A DNA stretch of 64,000 bases, taken from Heptranchias perlo (lineage: Eukaryota). The notes below the pieces were generated by a model. The model was not told where the DNA came from. It was given only the letters and a program-made list of their open reading frames with translations, and did not search any database. Shown piece by piece: positions 13,501-27,062 of this stretch. The position numbers were made by a program, and so were the translations under genes. The number at the start of each line of letters is the position of its first letter. Position 1 is the stretch's first letter. The stretch spans positions 4,464,001-4,528,000 of the forward strand of contig NC_090364.1 of the NCBI RefSeq assembly GCF_035084215.1, written 5' to 3'.

Positions 13501-14467
13501 GACGGGACTCCAGGCCAAGCACCTCCTGCTCCAACCGCCTGACCTCGGACTCCCGCCTCTTAGTCGACCCCCTCGCGTACTCTTGACAGAAGAGGCGGAC
13601 GTGAGCCTTGCCCACGTCCCACCATAGCCTCAAGGAGGAGAAGCCTCCCCGCTTCCCTCTCCAGTCGCTCCAGAACAGACGGAACGAGTCCCGGAACCGC
13701 GCGTCCTCCAGCAGCCGGTTGTTAAAGTGCCAGTACGCGGACCCCGACCGGGCGCGGAGCAGAGCGAGCTCCATCCACACCAGGTGGTGGTCCGAGCACG
13801 ACACCGGTCGGATGGAGGCCGACGGGACGCAGGAGGCGTACGCCCGCGAAACGTACAGGCGGTCGATTCTGGAGCTCCCTCCTCCGGCCCTCACAAAGGT
13901 GAACTGGCCGGAGTCGGGATGGAGATTCCGCCAGACGTCCACCAAGTCGAAGGACCCGACCAGGTCCCTCAACTTCTCCGTCGCCGTTCGGGCACGCGCG
14001 GGACCGGAGCGGTCCCTCGCCTCGAGGGTACGGTTAAAATCCCCCCCGAGGATAATGCACTCGCCGGCGTCGACGGAGTTTAGGTAAGTGGACACTTCTT
14101 CAAAGAAGCTCACTTGCTGGGCTCCGGACCAGGGGGCGTACACGTTCACCAGGTGAAGCGGCACGTCCCCGCGGCGAAGGGCCACGTGGAGCAAGCGGCC
14201 CGGCACCGGCTCCTTGACCCCCAAGATCTCCGGCTGAAAAGTCGGGGCCAACAAGATGGCCACCCCGCTCGAAACGCTGGCGAGGTGACTCAAGTAGACC
14301 CCCCCTCCCCATTCCAGGATCCACGTGGCCTCGTCTCCCGGAACGGTGTGGGTTTCCTGCAGAAAGCACACCGCATACTTCCCGTCCCGCAGGACCGAGA
14401 ACTTGTCAAATCTACGGCGGGCGTCTCTGCCGCCGTTGATGTTGAGGCTGGCTATGGTTATCTCCAT
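10579..14467 (-). CDS. Copy C ORF2; 9-nt deletion in RT (~12462) and a frameshifting deletion near 11137
   Basis: ORF 10595..14485 runs out of frame after PDTPWR; the zinc-finger end is in ORF 10579..11142. Confidence 0.88.
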
Positions 14468-14496
14468 GACAAGAGCACAGCGCAACCTACTTAAAC

Positions 14497-16526
14497 CTAA
14501 CGCGCGGAGGGAGCGGGGCCGCTAGTCGACCGCCACTCCCTCAAGAGCCCGGTGAGGAGGGATCTGAGCCGATGCAGCCCGACCCCGCCGCCGTCCCCTT
14601 CCGCGGCCACGGACGCGACGGCGGCCAGGACCGAGCGGATTAACTGCGCCGGCTCCGACCAACGGTCGAGGGCCAGCCGGACGCCATCGCGACGACTGCT
14701 CCAACCGGACGCAAAATCCCGGAGTTCCTCAACGGGGATGAGGGGAGACTCGGTGTCGGGCACGAGGGCGTCCACCACCTCACTGGTGGCGAACTCCAAA
14801 TCCTCCCCAGTGCCCACCACCGAGTCCCCGTCCTCCTCCGGGTCATCGTCGCCCGCGGCCGACCCGCTCCCCGCACAAAGCGCGGAGAACGAGACGGCCG
14901 CGCCAGCCGGCCCCGCCTCCGCCACGATCCCACCCCCAGGATCGTCGGCAGAGGAGTCCTCCCCGGGCTCTACTGGGGGCTCCGGGTCAGAGGGCGGCGC
15001 CGGGCGGGGACCCTCCCCAGCCTCCGAGCGGTGAAAAACCGGCACCCGGATATAGGGGGAAACCGGGGAGAACGTGTACTCAAGTTCTCCCACCTCCCCC
15101 GGCTCCGAGCCCAGAGACTGAGAGGAGGGGGTCTCCCCACCCACGTCGCCAGCGACCGACCCGGCCGGTGAGATATTTTGGTTAAAACCCACCACCAGGT
15201 CAAGCAGGTCCTGGGAGAGGTCGAGCCGGGGGCAGACGAATTTGGCCGCAACGGCCTCGCCCACCCCGGCACCCAGGACGCCCGACCCGGTGAACAGGGT
15301 AGTGTCGGGTAACTGCGGAGCCGCGACCCCCCCTATCGGCAGGGTCTCTCCATCCCCCCCGGGAGGCACGGGCACGATCTCCTCCCCCCCGAGAGGTAGA
15401 TGACCCCCGCCGCTGTTCGGATGTCACGGGCGGGGCCGCAGGATCCGCGACCGTCACCGACTCCCCTTCCACGGGGGGCCGTCCCTTAGCAGGGAGCCCG
15501 TTCGCTTCCGGGGAGTGGCGCCTCTTTTTCTTCCCGGGGGGTCGCGGAGGGAGGGGGAACTCCATGTCTGCTGGGACCCCCGCCTCCGCTCCCTCCTGAT
15601 CACCCGCCAGCCCGGGCTCTGTCGCGACCGCGAGATGTTGACTGGCCGCGGTCACGGCCTCGGGCTGACTGAGATCTTCTCTGTCCCGGGGACCAGCCTC
15701 TAAGTTCTTCCTCTTTCTCCGCGCCTTTCTCTGGCGAGGGTTCCCCTCCTCCCCCCTGGCGGAGACCTCGACGCCAACCTCCACCCGCGCAGTTGACTCT
15801 CCCGACGCAGGGGCGGGGTTGGGGGGAGGAGCGGTGGCGGCGCCAGCCCCGGCCGCCGTAGCTGTATTGGCGGCCTGAGAGGCAGGGCAGTTCCTCTTCA
15901 GGTGCCCCACCTCCTTACAGGCATGGCACCGCCCACCCTCTGCCGTCCAAAAGACGCGGTAAGGGGTCCCCTCGTGGAGGGCGTTAAAGCCCCCCTCCGT
16001 AACCTCCTCCCGTGCCAGCTTGACTAATGCCTGGCGACGGAAGGAGTAAACATGCCGGAGGCTGTTCTCCCTGAGTCCGAGCGGCAGCGGCGTTACCCCC
16101 GACCTCACCTCCCCCAGTTGACGTAGGTGGGGGAGGAGGAGCTCGTCCGACAGGAAAGGCGGGACGTTGGATAAAATGACCCGCTGCGCGGTGGCCTCCA
16201 GCGGGTCCACCGGCAGGAAGGTCCCGCCCACCGTGAGCCCCTTACTAAGGGCCAGGGACACCGCTCGCTCGGACCTCAGGAAGAACACCGCCCTCCCGTA
16301 CATTTTTGAGGCCGCGACGATGGCCGAGGGGCCGACAACCTCGGCCATGGCCTTAACGCAGGCCTCAATGGTCATGTTGGGGTGGGCGTAGCTCTTCACC
16401 CCATGCTTCCTCGTAATGAGGCGGAAAGGCGCCGGCCCAGCAGGAGCGGCACGAACTAGGAGCGGCCCCCGAGGTAACCGCCGCATACGTCCTGGGTCCC
16501 GGCACCGGCGAAGATGGTGACGCCAT
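14497..16526 (-). CDS. Copy C ORF1, frameshifted near the N-terminus and at ~15385
   Basis: ORFs 15200..16552 and 14497..15375; small indels relative to copies A/B. Confidence 0.82.
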
Positions 16527-17223
16527 GACTCAAGGAGCCACACCCACCCCAAGTCTCAGGCCTTCTGAAGGATATTGGCCTTTTTTTTTAAAGTCAACCT
16601 TGAGGAAAACCTCTCTCCCCGAATCCCAGTGCTTGGTTGGGAGAGGGCCCCTTTTTTTGGTTTTCAAATTTTCCCCAAGAACACCCCGGAGAGAAAGGGA
16701 ATATCCTGGAGAGCAAGAGAAGGAGGGAGCGATGGATGGCAGAATGGGAAGGAGGGAGTCTGCAGGGGTCGGCTGCTGCAGAAGTGGGTGGAAGAGGGGC
16801 GGGGTTGCACCTTAAAAGGTGGATCTTCTTCTGCCTGTCTTCCGGTGGGCAGGGGGAGGAGATGTCTTCCCCAAGACAGCTGGAGCTGCCGAGGCTCAGT
16901 CCTCCAAAGATTTGAAGAAGTAAGTAACTTCACCCAGGCAGCTCCAGCTGTCCTGGGCCGGACACTTGGGGGGGAGCCCCCTGTCCTCTGAAGTCTTCTT
17001 CCTCCCCCTACCTTCAGCCGACGCACCTCACTGCACCGACCACCTCTTCCTCCCTCTGTTGGTGCTCTTTACTTCTCCCTCCCTCCTTGTTGATGGTGGT
17101 TTCTCCTCCTTCTCCTCCTTCTCCCCAAGGGACCCAGGCAAGGACCTGCTCTCTGCTCTCTCTGCTCTCCACTCCACTCAGTGGCAGTCCAGCCACAAAC
17201 ACCTCCAAGGCCTTGCTGGTCTG

Positions 17224-17383
17224 AACAAAGAGTCACTTTCAGATTGGTGGGAAGTCAAAGAGCCCAAAAGCAGTGACATCACTGAGACTGATCATCCAAA
17301 CCGGACTGTATTCCAAACCACTGATTGGCTCTGGGTATCAATCCCGCCCCCATAACCCGTCCTTTGTTAATTGGTGCCTGGAT
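17224..17383 (+). repeat. 160-bp ferritin-promoter fragment between Tx1 copies C and D
   Basis: Direct repeat of 24151-24310 (promoter of ferritin 1); ends GGAT followed by poly(T). Confidence 0.92.
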
Positions 17384-17488
17384 TTTTTTTTTTTTTTTTT
17401 CTCTTCTCTAATTAGGCCCCCCTTTTATAAGAAGGGGGGTGTGGGGTGTGCTTAACAACTAAAAACCAAACAAACCAAAACCAAGAGT

Positions 17489-20400
17489 TCAAATCAAAAT
17501 TTTATTATCCTCGTTCAGGATGCACTCCAGCCCCTGCGGTGCCCACCGGTCGCGGAAAGCCTCAAGCGTACCGGCAGACACCGCGTGCTCCATCTCCAGG
17601 GCCACCCGGGCGCGGAGCAACCCGCGAAAGAGAGGCAGACAGGCCGAGCGCCCACCCCCGCGGACCGCGAGCATCCTGGACCTGTGGATAGCCACCTTGG
17701 ACAGGCCCAGGAGCAGGCCCACGAGGACGCCCACCGACCTGCCCGCCCCCCTCCTCACCGGGCGGCCAAAGATCAGGAGCGTGGGACTGAAGTGCAGCCA
17801 GAACTTGAGGAGCAGCCCCTCCAAATAATGGAACAGGGGCTGCAGTCTCGCACACCCAGTGTACAAATGAAAAACGGACTCCTCCAGGCCGCAGAAAATG
17901 CAAGCGGCCTGGGTGTCCGTAAAATGGCGTAAACGCCTGTTGCACGGGACTGCTCCGTGCAACACCCTCCACCCCAGATCCCCAAAGTAACACGGGAGGA
18001 CCCCTGTATAGAGAGCCTCCCACTGGGGACCCCCGTCTCCGCCGGACGGCAGGATGGTACGCCAGGGCGTGTCCGGGCGAGAGACGAGGGCGAGGAAGTG
18101 GATGGTGTGCAGGAGCAGCCCGTACAGGAAATCCCTCCGCGCGGTGTGAAACAGCACGGAGGGAATTTCCGAGAGACGGCTCAAGTTGTGAGGCGCGGCC
18201 CTCCGAGGGAGGTTCCGGGGTTTGGCGCCGAGGAGGAATTCCGTCCGAACGGGGGTCAGGTCGGACGGGATGGCTCCGCACGCCTGAGCCGCCTCCACAC
18301 CCCGAGTGGAGTCAGGGCCGAGCGCCGATTTCAACGCCTGGATGGCGGCGGCCGCGTCCCCGGCACGCCACGAGGACATGCGAGCGGCGAGCGCCCACGG
18401 CTCGAGCCAACCCGACCCTCCGCCATCCAGGACGTCCCTGACTCTGGTCACCCGACCGGCCACAGCCCTCCGCTCCGTCAGCCACGAGCGGCTGAAGCCG
18501 ACATCGCGGAGGAACGGATTCCCGAGCAGCGGCTCCTGCAGGACGGCCGCTACCCCCGACGGGCGAGAGCTCCGGCTGGAGGCGACCATGGTCCAGACCC
18601 TGAGCAGATCCTGGTACAAGACAGGCAGCTCCTGCAAAGACGTGCGGCCGCCCACCAGCGAGACGAACAGGAGCTGCGTGTCGTAGTTCAGGCCGTGCAG
18701 CTGGCGGAAAAAATACGTCGCCAGCGCACGCCATCTAAGAGGACGCTCAACGTACAGGTATCGCTGCAGCATCCGAAGGCGGAAAGTTGCCACCTGGGTG
18801 CGGACGCACACCAGCCCCTGACCGCCCTCCCTAAGCGGGAGACTCAGGACCGCGGCAGCGACCCAGTGCATCCCTTTGGCCCAGAAGAAGTCGACGAACT
18901 TCCTCTGAATCTTGGCGACAAAATCAGGGGGGGGGGTCAAAGGAACCAACCGGTACCACAACATGGCGGCCACCAGCTGGTTTATGACCAGCACTCGACC
19001 CCTGTAGGATAACACTCGGAGCAGTCCTGTCCAGCGCGCCAGGCGAGCGGTGACTTTGGCCTCCAGCTCTACCCAGTTCGCCGGCCAGGCTTCCTCGGCA
19101 GGGCCGAGGTAGACTCCCAGGTACCGGAGGTGCGTGGTGCTCCAGGCGAAAGCCCTGAGCTCCTCCGGCATGGAGTCCACCCGCCACTGACCCACCAGGA
19201 GTCCGGAACATTTCTCCCAGTTGATTCTTGCGGAGGACGCGGCAGAGTAGACCTCTTGGCACTCGCGCATTCTCCGCAAGTCAAGGGGATCGGTGACCAT
19301 GAGGAGCACGTCGTCGGCGTAAGCCGAAAGGACGACCTCCACGCCCGGCTCGAGCAGAGCCAGTCCCGACAGCCTCTTTCGCAAGAGGTGCAGGAAAGGC
19401 TCTACGCAGATGGTATATAATTGGCCGGACATGGGGCACCCCTGACGCACTCCTCTCCCGAAGCGAAGGGGCGCCGTCAAGGATCCGTTAACCTTAATCA
19501 GACACTCCGCGGCGGCGTACAGAAGTCGGATCCGGGCGACGAAATGCGACCCGAATCCGAAAGCGCGCAGAGTCCCGAATAGATACTCGTGATCCACCCT
19601 GTCGAACGCCTTCTCCTGATCCAAGGAAAGGAAGGCGACCGACAGACCAGCCCTCTGGGAATGGTGGATCAGGTCCCGGACCAGGTGGATGTTATCGTGG
19701 ATCGTCCGGCCCGGGACCGTGTAGGACTGGTCGGGGTGGATCATGTGGTCCAGCACGGTGCCGAGGCGAGCAGACATCGCCCTGGCGAAGACCTTATAAT
19801 CCGTGCTGAGGAGGGAGACCGGGCGCCAGTTTTTAAGGTTGCGGAGATCCCCCTTCTTAGGCAGCAGGACCACGACCGCCCTGCGCCACGAAAGGGGCAT
19901 CTCCCCGGTCGCCAGACATTCCCCCAGGACCCGCGCGTAGTCGCCCCCCAGGACGTCCCAGAAGGCCCTGAGGAACTCCACGGTCAGCCCGTCCAGCCCC
20001 GGGGATTTGCCCCTAGAGAGCTGGTGGAGGGCGCCGGTCAGCTCCGCCAAACTGAGCGGAGCGTCCAGACGCTCGGCGTCCTCCGGGCCGACCTTCGGCA
20101 AGTCCTCCCACAAAACTCTGCGCGCCTCCTCGCTGGACGGATCCGGAGAGAACAGAGCCTCGTAGTAAGATCGAGCACGGGCCCTGACTCCCTCCGGGTC
20201 CGAGACGAGGGACCCGTCGTCGGCCAGCAGCGTAAGGAGCTGCTTACGAGCCCCCCGCCGCTTTTCCAGCGAGTAGAAGAAGGGAGAGCCGCGGTCCAGG
20301 TCCCGCAGGAGCTGGAGCCGCGACCTCACGTACGCTCCTCGGGACCCGACCAGTTGCAGGTCCCTCAGAGCGTCCTTCCTCTCCTCGTACACCTGCCGCA

Positions 20401-21394
20401 GGGCCGGATCCTCGGCGGCCTGACCGAGACGGGACTCCAGGCCAAGCACCTCCTGCTCCAACCGCCTGACCTCGGACTCCCGCCTCTTAGTCGACCCCCT
20501 CGCGTACTCTTGACAGAAGAGGCGGACGTGAGCCTTGCCCACGTCCCACCATAGCCTCAAGGAGGAGAAGCCTCCCCGCTTCCCTCTCCAGTCGCTCCAG
20601 AACAGACGGAACGAGTCCCGGAACCGCGCGTCCTCCAGCAGCCGGTTGTTAAAGTGCCAGTACGCGGACCCCGACCGGGCGCGGAGCAGAGCGAGCTCCA
20701 TCCACACCAGGTGGTGGTCCGAGCACGACACCGGTCGGATGGAGGCCGACGGGACGCAGGAGGCGTACGCCCGCGAAACGTACAGGCGGTCGATTCTGGA
20801 GCTCCCTCCTCCGGCCCTCACAAAGGTGAACTGGCCGGAGTCGGGATGGAGATTCCGCCAGACGTCCACCAAGTCGAAGGACCCGACCAGGTCCCTCAAC
20901 TTCTCCGTCGCCGTTCGGGCACGCGCGGGACCGGAGCGGTCCCTCGCCTCGAGGGTACGGTTAAAATCCCCCCCGAGGATAATGCACTCGCCGGCGTCGA
21001 CGGAGTTTAGGTAAGTGGACACTTCTTCAAAGAAGCTCACTTGCTGGGCTCCGGACCAGGGGGCGTACACGTTCACCAGGTGAAGCGGCACGTCCCCGCG
21101 GCGAAGGGCCACGTGGAGCAAGCGGCCCGGCACCGGCTCCTTGACCCCCAAGATCTCCGGCTGAAAAGTCGGGGCCAACAAGATGGCCACCCCGCTCGAA
21201 ACGCTGGCGAGGTGACTCAAGTAGACCCCCCCTCCCCATTCCAGGATCCACGTGGCCTCGTCTCCCGGAACGGTGTGGGTTTCCTGCAGAAAGCACACCG
21301 CATACTTCCCGTCCCGCAGGACCGAGAACTTGTCAAATCTACGGCGGGCGTCTCTGCCGCCGTTGATGTTGAGGCTGGCTATGGTTATCTCCAT
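17489..21394 (-). CDS. Copy D ORF2: intact APE endonuclease / reverse transcriptase / zinc finger polyprotein (~1300 aa)
   Basis: ORF 17489..21412 uninterrupted; first ATG at 21394; catalytic motifs FLQETH, GDFN, SDH, YADD and CIFC..H..C present. Confidence 0.95.
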   Translation of the reverse strand: MEITIASLNINGGRDARRRFDKFSVLRDGKYAVCFLQETHTVPGDEATWILEWGGGVYLSHLASVSSGVAILLAPTFQPEILGVKEPVPGRLLHVALRRGDVPLHLVNVYAPWSGAQQVSFFEEVSTYLNSVDAGECIILGGDFNRTLEARDRSGPARARTATEKLRDLVGSFDLVDVWRNLHPDSGQFTFVRAGGGSSRIDRLYVSRAYASCVPSASIRPVSCSDHHLVWMELALLRARSGSAYWHFNNRLLEDARFRDSFRLFWSDWRGKRGGFSSLRLWWDVGKAHVRLFCQEYARGSTKRRESEVRRLEQEVLGLESRLGQAAEDPALRQVYEERKDALRDLQLVGSRGAYVRSRLQLLRDLDRGSPFFYSLEKRRGARKQLLTLLADDGSLVSDPEGVRARARSYYEALFSPDPSSEEARRVLWEDLPKVGPEDAERLDAPLSLAELTGALHQLSRGKSPGLDGLTVEFLRAFWDVLGGDYARVLGECLATGEMPLSWRRAVVVLLPKKGDLRNLKNWRPVSLLSTDYKVFARAMSARLGTVLDHMIHPDQSYTVPGRTIHDNIHLVRDLIHHSQRAGLSVAFLSLDQEKAFDRVDHEYLFGTLRAFGFGSHFVARIRLLYAAAECLIKVNGSLTAPLRFGRGVRQGCPMSGQLYTICVEPFLHLLRKRLSGLALLEPGVEVVLSAYADDVLLMVTDPLDLRRMRECQEVYSAASSARINWEKCSGLLVGQWRVDSMPEELRAFAWSTTHLRYLGVYLGPAEEAWPANWVELEAKVTARLARWTGLLRVLSYRGRVLVINQLVAAMLWYRLVPLTPPPDFVAKIQRKFVDFFWAKGMHWVAAAVLSLPLREGGQGLVCVRTQVATFRLRMLQRYLYVERPLRWRALATYFFRQLHGLNYDTQLLFVSLVGGRTSLQELPVLYQDLLRVWTMVASSRSSRPSGVAAVLQEPLLGNPFLRDVGFSRSWLTERRAVAGRVTRVRDVLDGGGSGWLEPWALAARMSSWRAGDAAAAIQALKSALGPDSTRGVEAAQACGAIPSDLTPVRTEFLLGAKPRNLPRRAAPHNLSRLSEIPSVLFHTARRDFLYGLLLHTIHFLALVSRPDTPWRTILPSGGDGGPQWEALYTGVLPCYFGDLGWRVLHGAVPCNRRLRHFTDTQAACIFCGLEESVFHLYTGCARLQPLFHYLEGLLLKFWLHFSPTLLIFGRPVRRGAGRSVGVLVGLLLGLSKVAIHRSRMLAVRGGGRSACLPLFRGLLRARVALEMEHAVSAGTLEAFRDRWAPQGLECILNEDNKILI

Positions 21395-21423
21395 GACAAG
21401 AGCACAGCGCAACCTACTTAAAC

Positions 21424-23453
21424 CTAACGCGCGGAGGGAGCGGGGCCGCTAGTCGACCGCCACTCCCTCAAGAGCCCGGTGAGGAGGGATCTGAGCCGAT
21501 GCAGCCCGACCCCGCCGCCGTCCCCTTCCGCGGCCACGGACGCGACGGCGGCCAGGACCGAGCAGATTAACTGCGCCGGCTCCGACCAACGGTCGAGGGC
21601 CAGCCGGACGCCATCGCGACGACGGCTCCAACCGGACGCAAAATCCCGGAGTTCCTCAACGGGGATGAGGGGAGACTCGGTGTCGGGCACGAGGGCGTCC
21701 ACCACCTCACTGGTGGCGAACTCCAAATCCTCCCCAGTGCCCACCACCGAGTCCCCGTCCTCCTCCGGGTCATCGTCGCCCGCGGCCGACCCGCTCCCCG
21801 CACAAAGCGCGGAGAACGAGACGGCCGCGCCAGCCGGCCCCGCCTCCGCCACGATCCCACCCCCAGGATCGTCGGCAGAGGAGTCCTCCCCGGGCTCTAC
21901 TGGGGGCTCCGGGTCAGAGGGCGGCGCCGGGCGGGGACCCTCCCCAGCCTCCGAGCGGTGAAAAACCGGCACCCGGATATAGGGGGAAACCGGGGAGAAC
22001 GTGTACTCAAGTTCTCCCACCTCCCCCGGCTCCGAGCCCAGAGACTGAGAGGAGGGGGTCCCCCCACCCACGTCGCCAGCGACCGACCCGGCCGGTGAGA
22101 TATTTTGGTTAAAACCCACCACCAGGTCAAGCAGGTCCTGGGAGAGGTCGAGCCGGGGGCAGACGAATTTGGCCGCAACGGCCTCGCCCACCCCGGCACC
22201 CAGGACGCCCGACCCGGTGAACAGGGTAGTGTCGGGTAACTGCGGAGCCGCGACCCCCCCTATCGGCAGGGTCTCTCCATCCCCCCCGGGAGGCACGGGC
22301 ACGATCTCCTCCCCCCCGAGAGGTAGATGACCCCCGCCGCTGTTCGGATGTCACGGGCGGGGCCGCAGGATCCGCGACCGTCACCGACTCCCCTTCCACG
22401 GGGGGCCGTCCCTTAGCAGGGAGCCCGTTCGCTTCCGGGGAGTGGCGCCTCTTTTTCTTCCCGGGGGGTCGCGGAGGGAGGGGGAACTCCATGTCTGCTG
22501 GGACCCCCGCCTCCGCTCCCTCCTGATCACCCGCCAGCCCGGGCTCTGTCGCGACCGCGAGATGTTGACTGGCCGCGGTCACGGCCTCGGGCTGACTGAG
22601 ATCTTCTCTGTCCCGGGGACCAGCCTCTAAGTTCTTCCTCTTTCTCCGCGCCTTTCTCTGGCGAGGGTTCCCCTCCTCCCCCCTGGCGGAGACCTCGACG
22701 CCAACCTCCACCCGCGCAGTTGACTCTCCCGACGCAGGGGCGGGGTTGGGGGGAGGAGCGGTGGCGGCGCCAGCCCCGGCCGCCGTAGCTGTATTGGCGG
22801 CCTGAGAGGCAGGGCAGTTCCTCTTCAGGTGCCCCACCTCCTTACAGGCATGGCACCGCCCACCCTCTGCCGTCCAAAAGACGCGGTAAGGGGTCCCCTC
22901 GTGGAGGGCGTTAAAGCCCCCCTCCGTAACCTCCTCCCGTGCCAGCTTGACTAATGCCTGGCGACGGAAGGAGTAAACATGCCGGAGGCTGTTCTCCCTG
23001 AGTCCGAGCGGCAGCGGCGTTACCCCCGACCTCACCTCCCCCAGTTGACGTAGGTGGGGGAGGAGGAGCTCGTCCGACAGGAAAGGCGGGACGTTGGATA
23101 AAATGACCCGCTGCGCGGTGGCCTCCAGCGGGTCCACCGGCAGGAAGGTCCCGCCCACCGTGAGCCCCTTACTAAGGGCCAGGGACACCGCTCGCTCGGA
23201 CCTCAGGAAGAACACCGCCCTCCCGTACATTTTTGAGGCCGCGACGATGGCCGAGGGGCCGACAACCTCGGCCATGGCCTTAACGCAGGCCTCAATGGTC
23301 ATGTTGGGGTGGGCGTAGCTCTTCACCCCATGCTTCCTCGTAATGAGGCGGAAAGGCGCCGGCCCAGCAGGAGCGGCACGAACTAGGAGCGGCCCCCGAG
23401 GTAACCGCCGCATACGTCCTGGGTCCCGGCACCGGCGAAGATGGTGACGCCAT
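21424..23453 (-). CDS. Copy D ORF1, frameshifted as in copy C
   Basis: ORFs 22127..23479 and 21424..22302. Confidence 0.82.
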
Positions 23454-24150
23454 GACTCAAGGAGCCACACCCACCCCAAGTCTCAGGCCTTCTGAAGGAT
23501 ATTGGCCTTTTTTTTTAAAGTCAACCTTGAGGAAAACCTCTCTCCCCGAATCCCAGTGCTTGGTTGGGAGAGGGCCCCTTTTTTTGGTTTTCAAATTTTC
23601 CCCAAGAACACCCCGGAGAGAAAGGGAATATCCTGGAGAGCAAGAGAAGGAGGGAGCGATGGATGGCAGAATGGGAAGGAGGGAGTCTGCAGGGGTCGGC
23701 TGCTGCAGAAGTGGGTGGAAGAGGGGCGGGGTTGCACCTTAAAAGGTGGATCTTCTTCTGCCTGTCTTCCGGTGGGCAGGGGGAGGAGATGTCTTCCCCA
23801 AGACAGCTGGAGCTGCCGAGGCTCAGTCCTCCAAAGATTTGAAGAAGTAAGTAACTTCACCCAGGCAGCTCCAGCTGTCCTGGGCCGGACACTTGGGGGG
23901 GAGCCCCCTGTCCTCTGAAGTCTTCTTCCTCCCCCTACCTTCAGCCGACGCACCTCACTGCACCGACCACCTCTTCCTCCCTCTGTTGGTGCTCTTTACT
24001 TCTCCCTCCCTCCTTGTTGATGGTGGTTTCTCCTCCTTCTCCTCCTTCTCCCCAAGGGACCCAGGCAAGGACCTGCTCTCTGCTCTCTCTGCTCTCCACT
24101 CCACTCAGTGGCAGTCCAGCCACAAACACCTCCAAGGCCTTGCTGGTCTG

Positions 24151-24480
24151 AACAAAGAGTCACTTTCAGATTGGTGGGAAGTCAAAGAGCCCAAAAGCAG
24201 TGACATCACTGAGACTGATCATCCAAACCGGACTGTATTCCAAACCACTGATTGGCTCTGGGTATCAATCCCGCCCCCATAACCCGTCCTTTGTTAATTG
24301 GTGCCTGGATTCATGGAAGATTCCCGAGTGGCTATCGGGGATTGTCAATCATCATTGGTGATGTCATTCCAAGGTTGAATGCCGGCTGTCCCAGTGGTAT
24401 AAATACAAGAGCTTGTGCAGAAAGTGGATAGTTCTATAATTTTCCGGGTAATAGTATTCATATATTAAAAAAAAGTGAAG
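24151..24480 (+). promoter_or_regulatory. Ferritin promoter module (gene 1; repeated before genes 2, 3, 4, 6, 7, 8)
   Basis: TGACATCA 24201-24208, CTGATTGGCT (inverted CCAAT/Y-box) 24248-24257, further ATTGG boxes, TGATGTCA 24359-24366, TATAAATA 24398; equivalent TATA at 30084, 35235, 40011, 49314, 54328, 59554. Confidence 0.8.

Positions 24481-27062
<2,582 letters not shown>

Larger units (their letters stand above)
10483..17223 (-). mobile_element. Tx1 copy C, full length, defective and mosaic
   Basis: Tail like copy B, 5' half nearly identical to copy D (offset 6927). Confidence 0.95.
17384..24150 (-). mobile_element. Tx1 copy D, full length, intact ORF2
   Basis: Poly(T) 17384-17400, 3'UTR, uninterrupted ORF2, ORF1 with the same indels as copy C; 5' end abuts the ferritin promoter. 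Confidence 0.96.

Noticed and set aside
3845-17383. Spacers interpreted as LTRs or CRISPR-like repeats
   Set aside because: The elements have poly(A) tails and APE/RT with no integrase; spacers are host promoter sequence.
25-23950. Many plus-strand and alternate-frame ORFs up to ~350 aa
   Set aside because: Shadows of GC-rich Tx1 ORFs, repeated with each copy and with no recognisable motifs.
24198-24397. CAGTG motifs as IRE loops
   Set aside because: They lie upstream of the TATA box and lack the paired 5-bp stem and C bulge.
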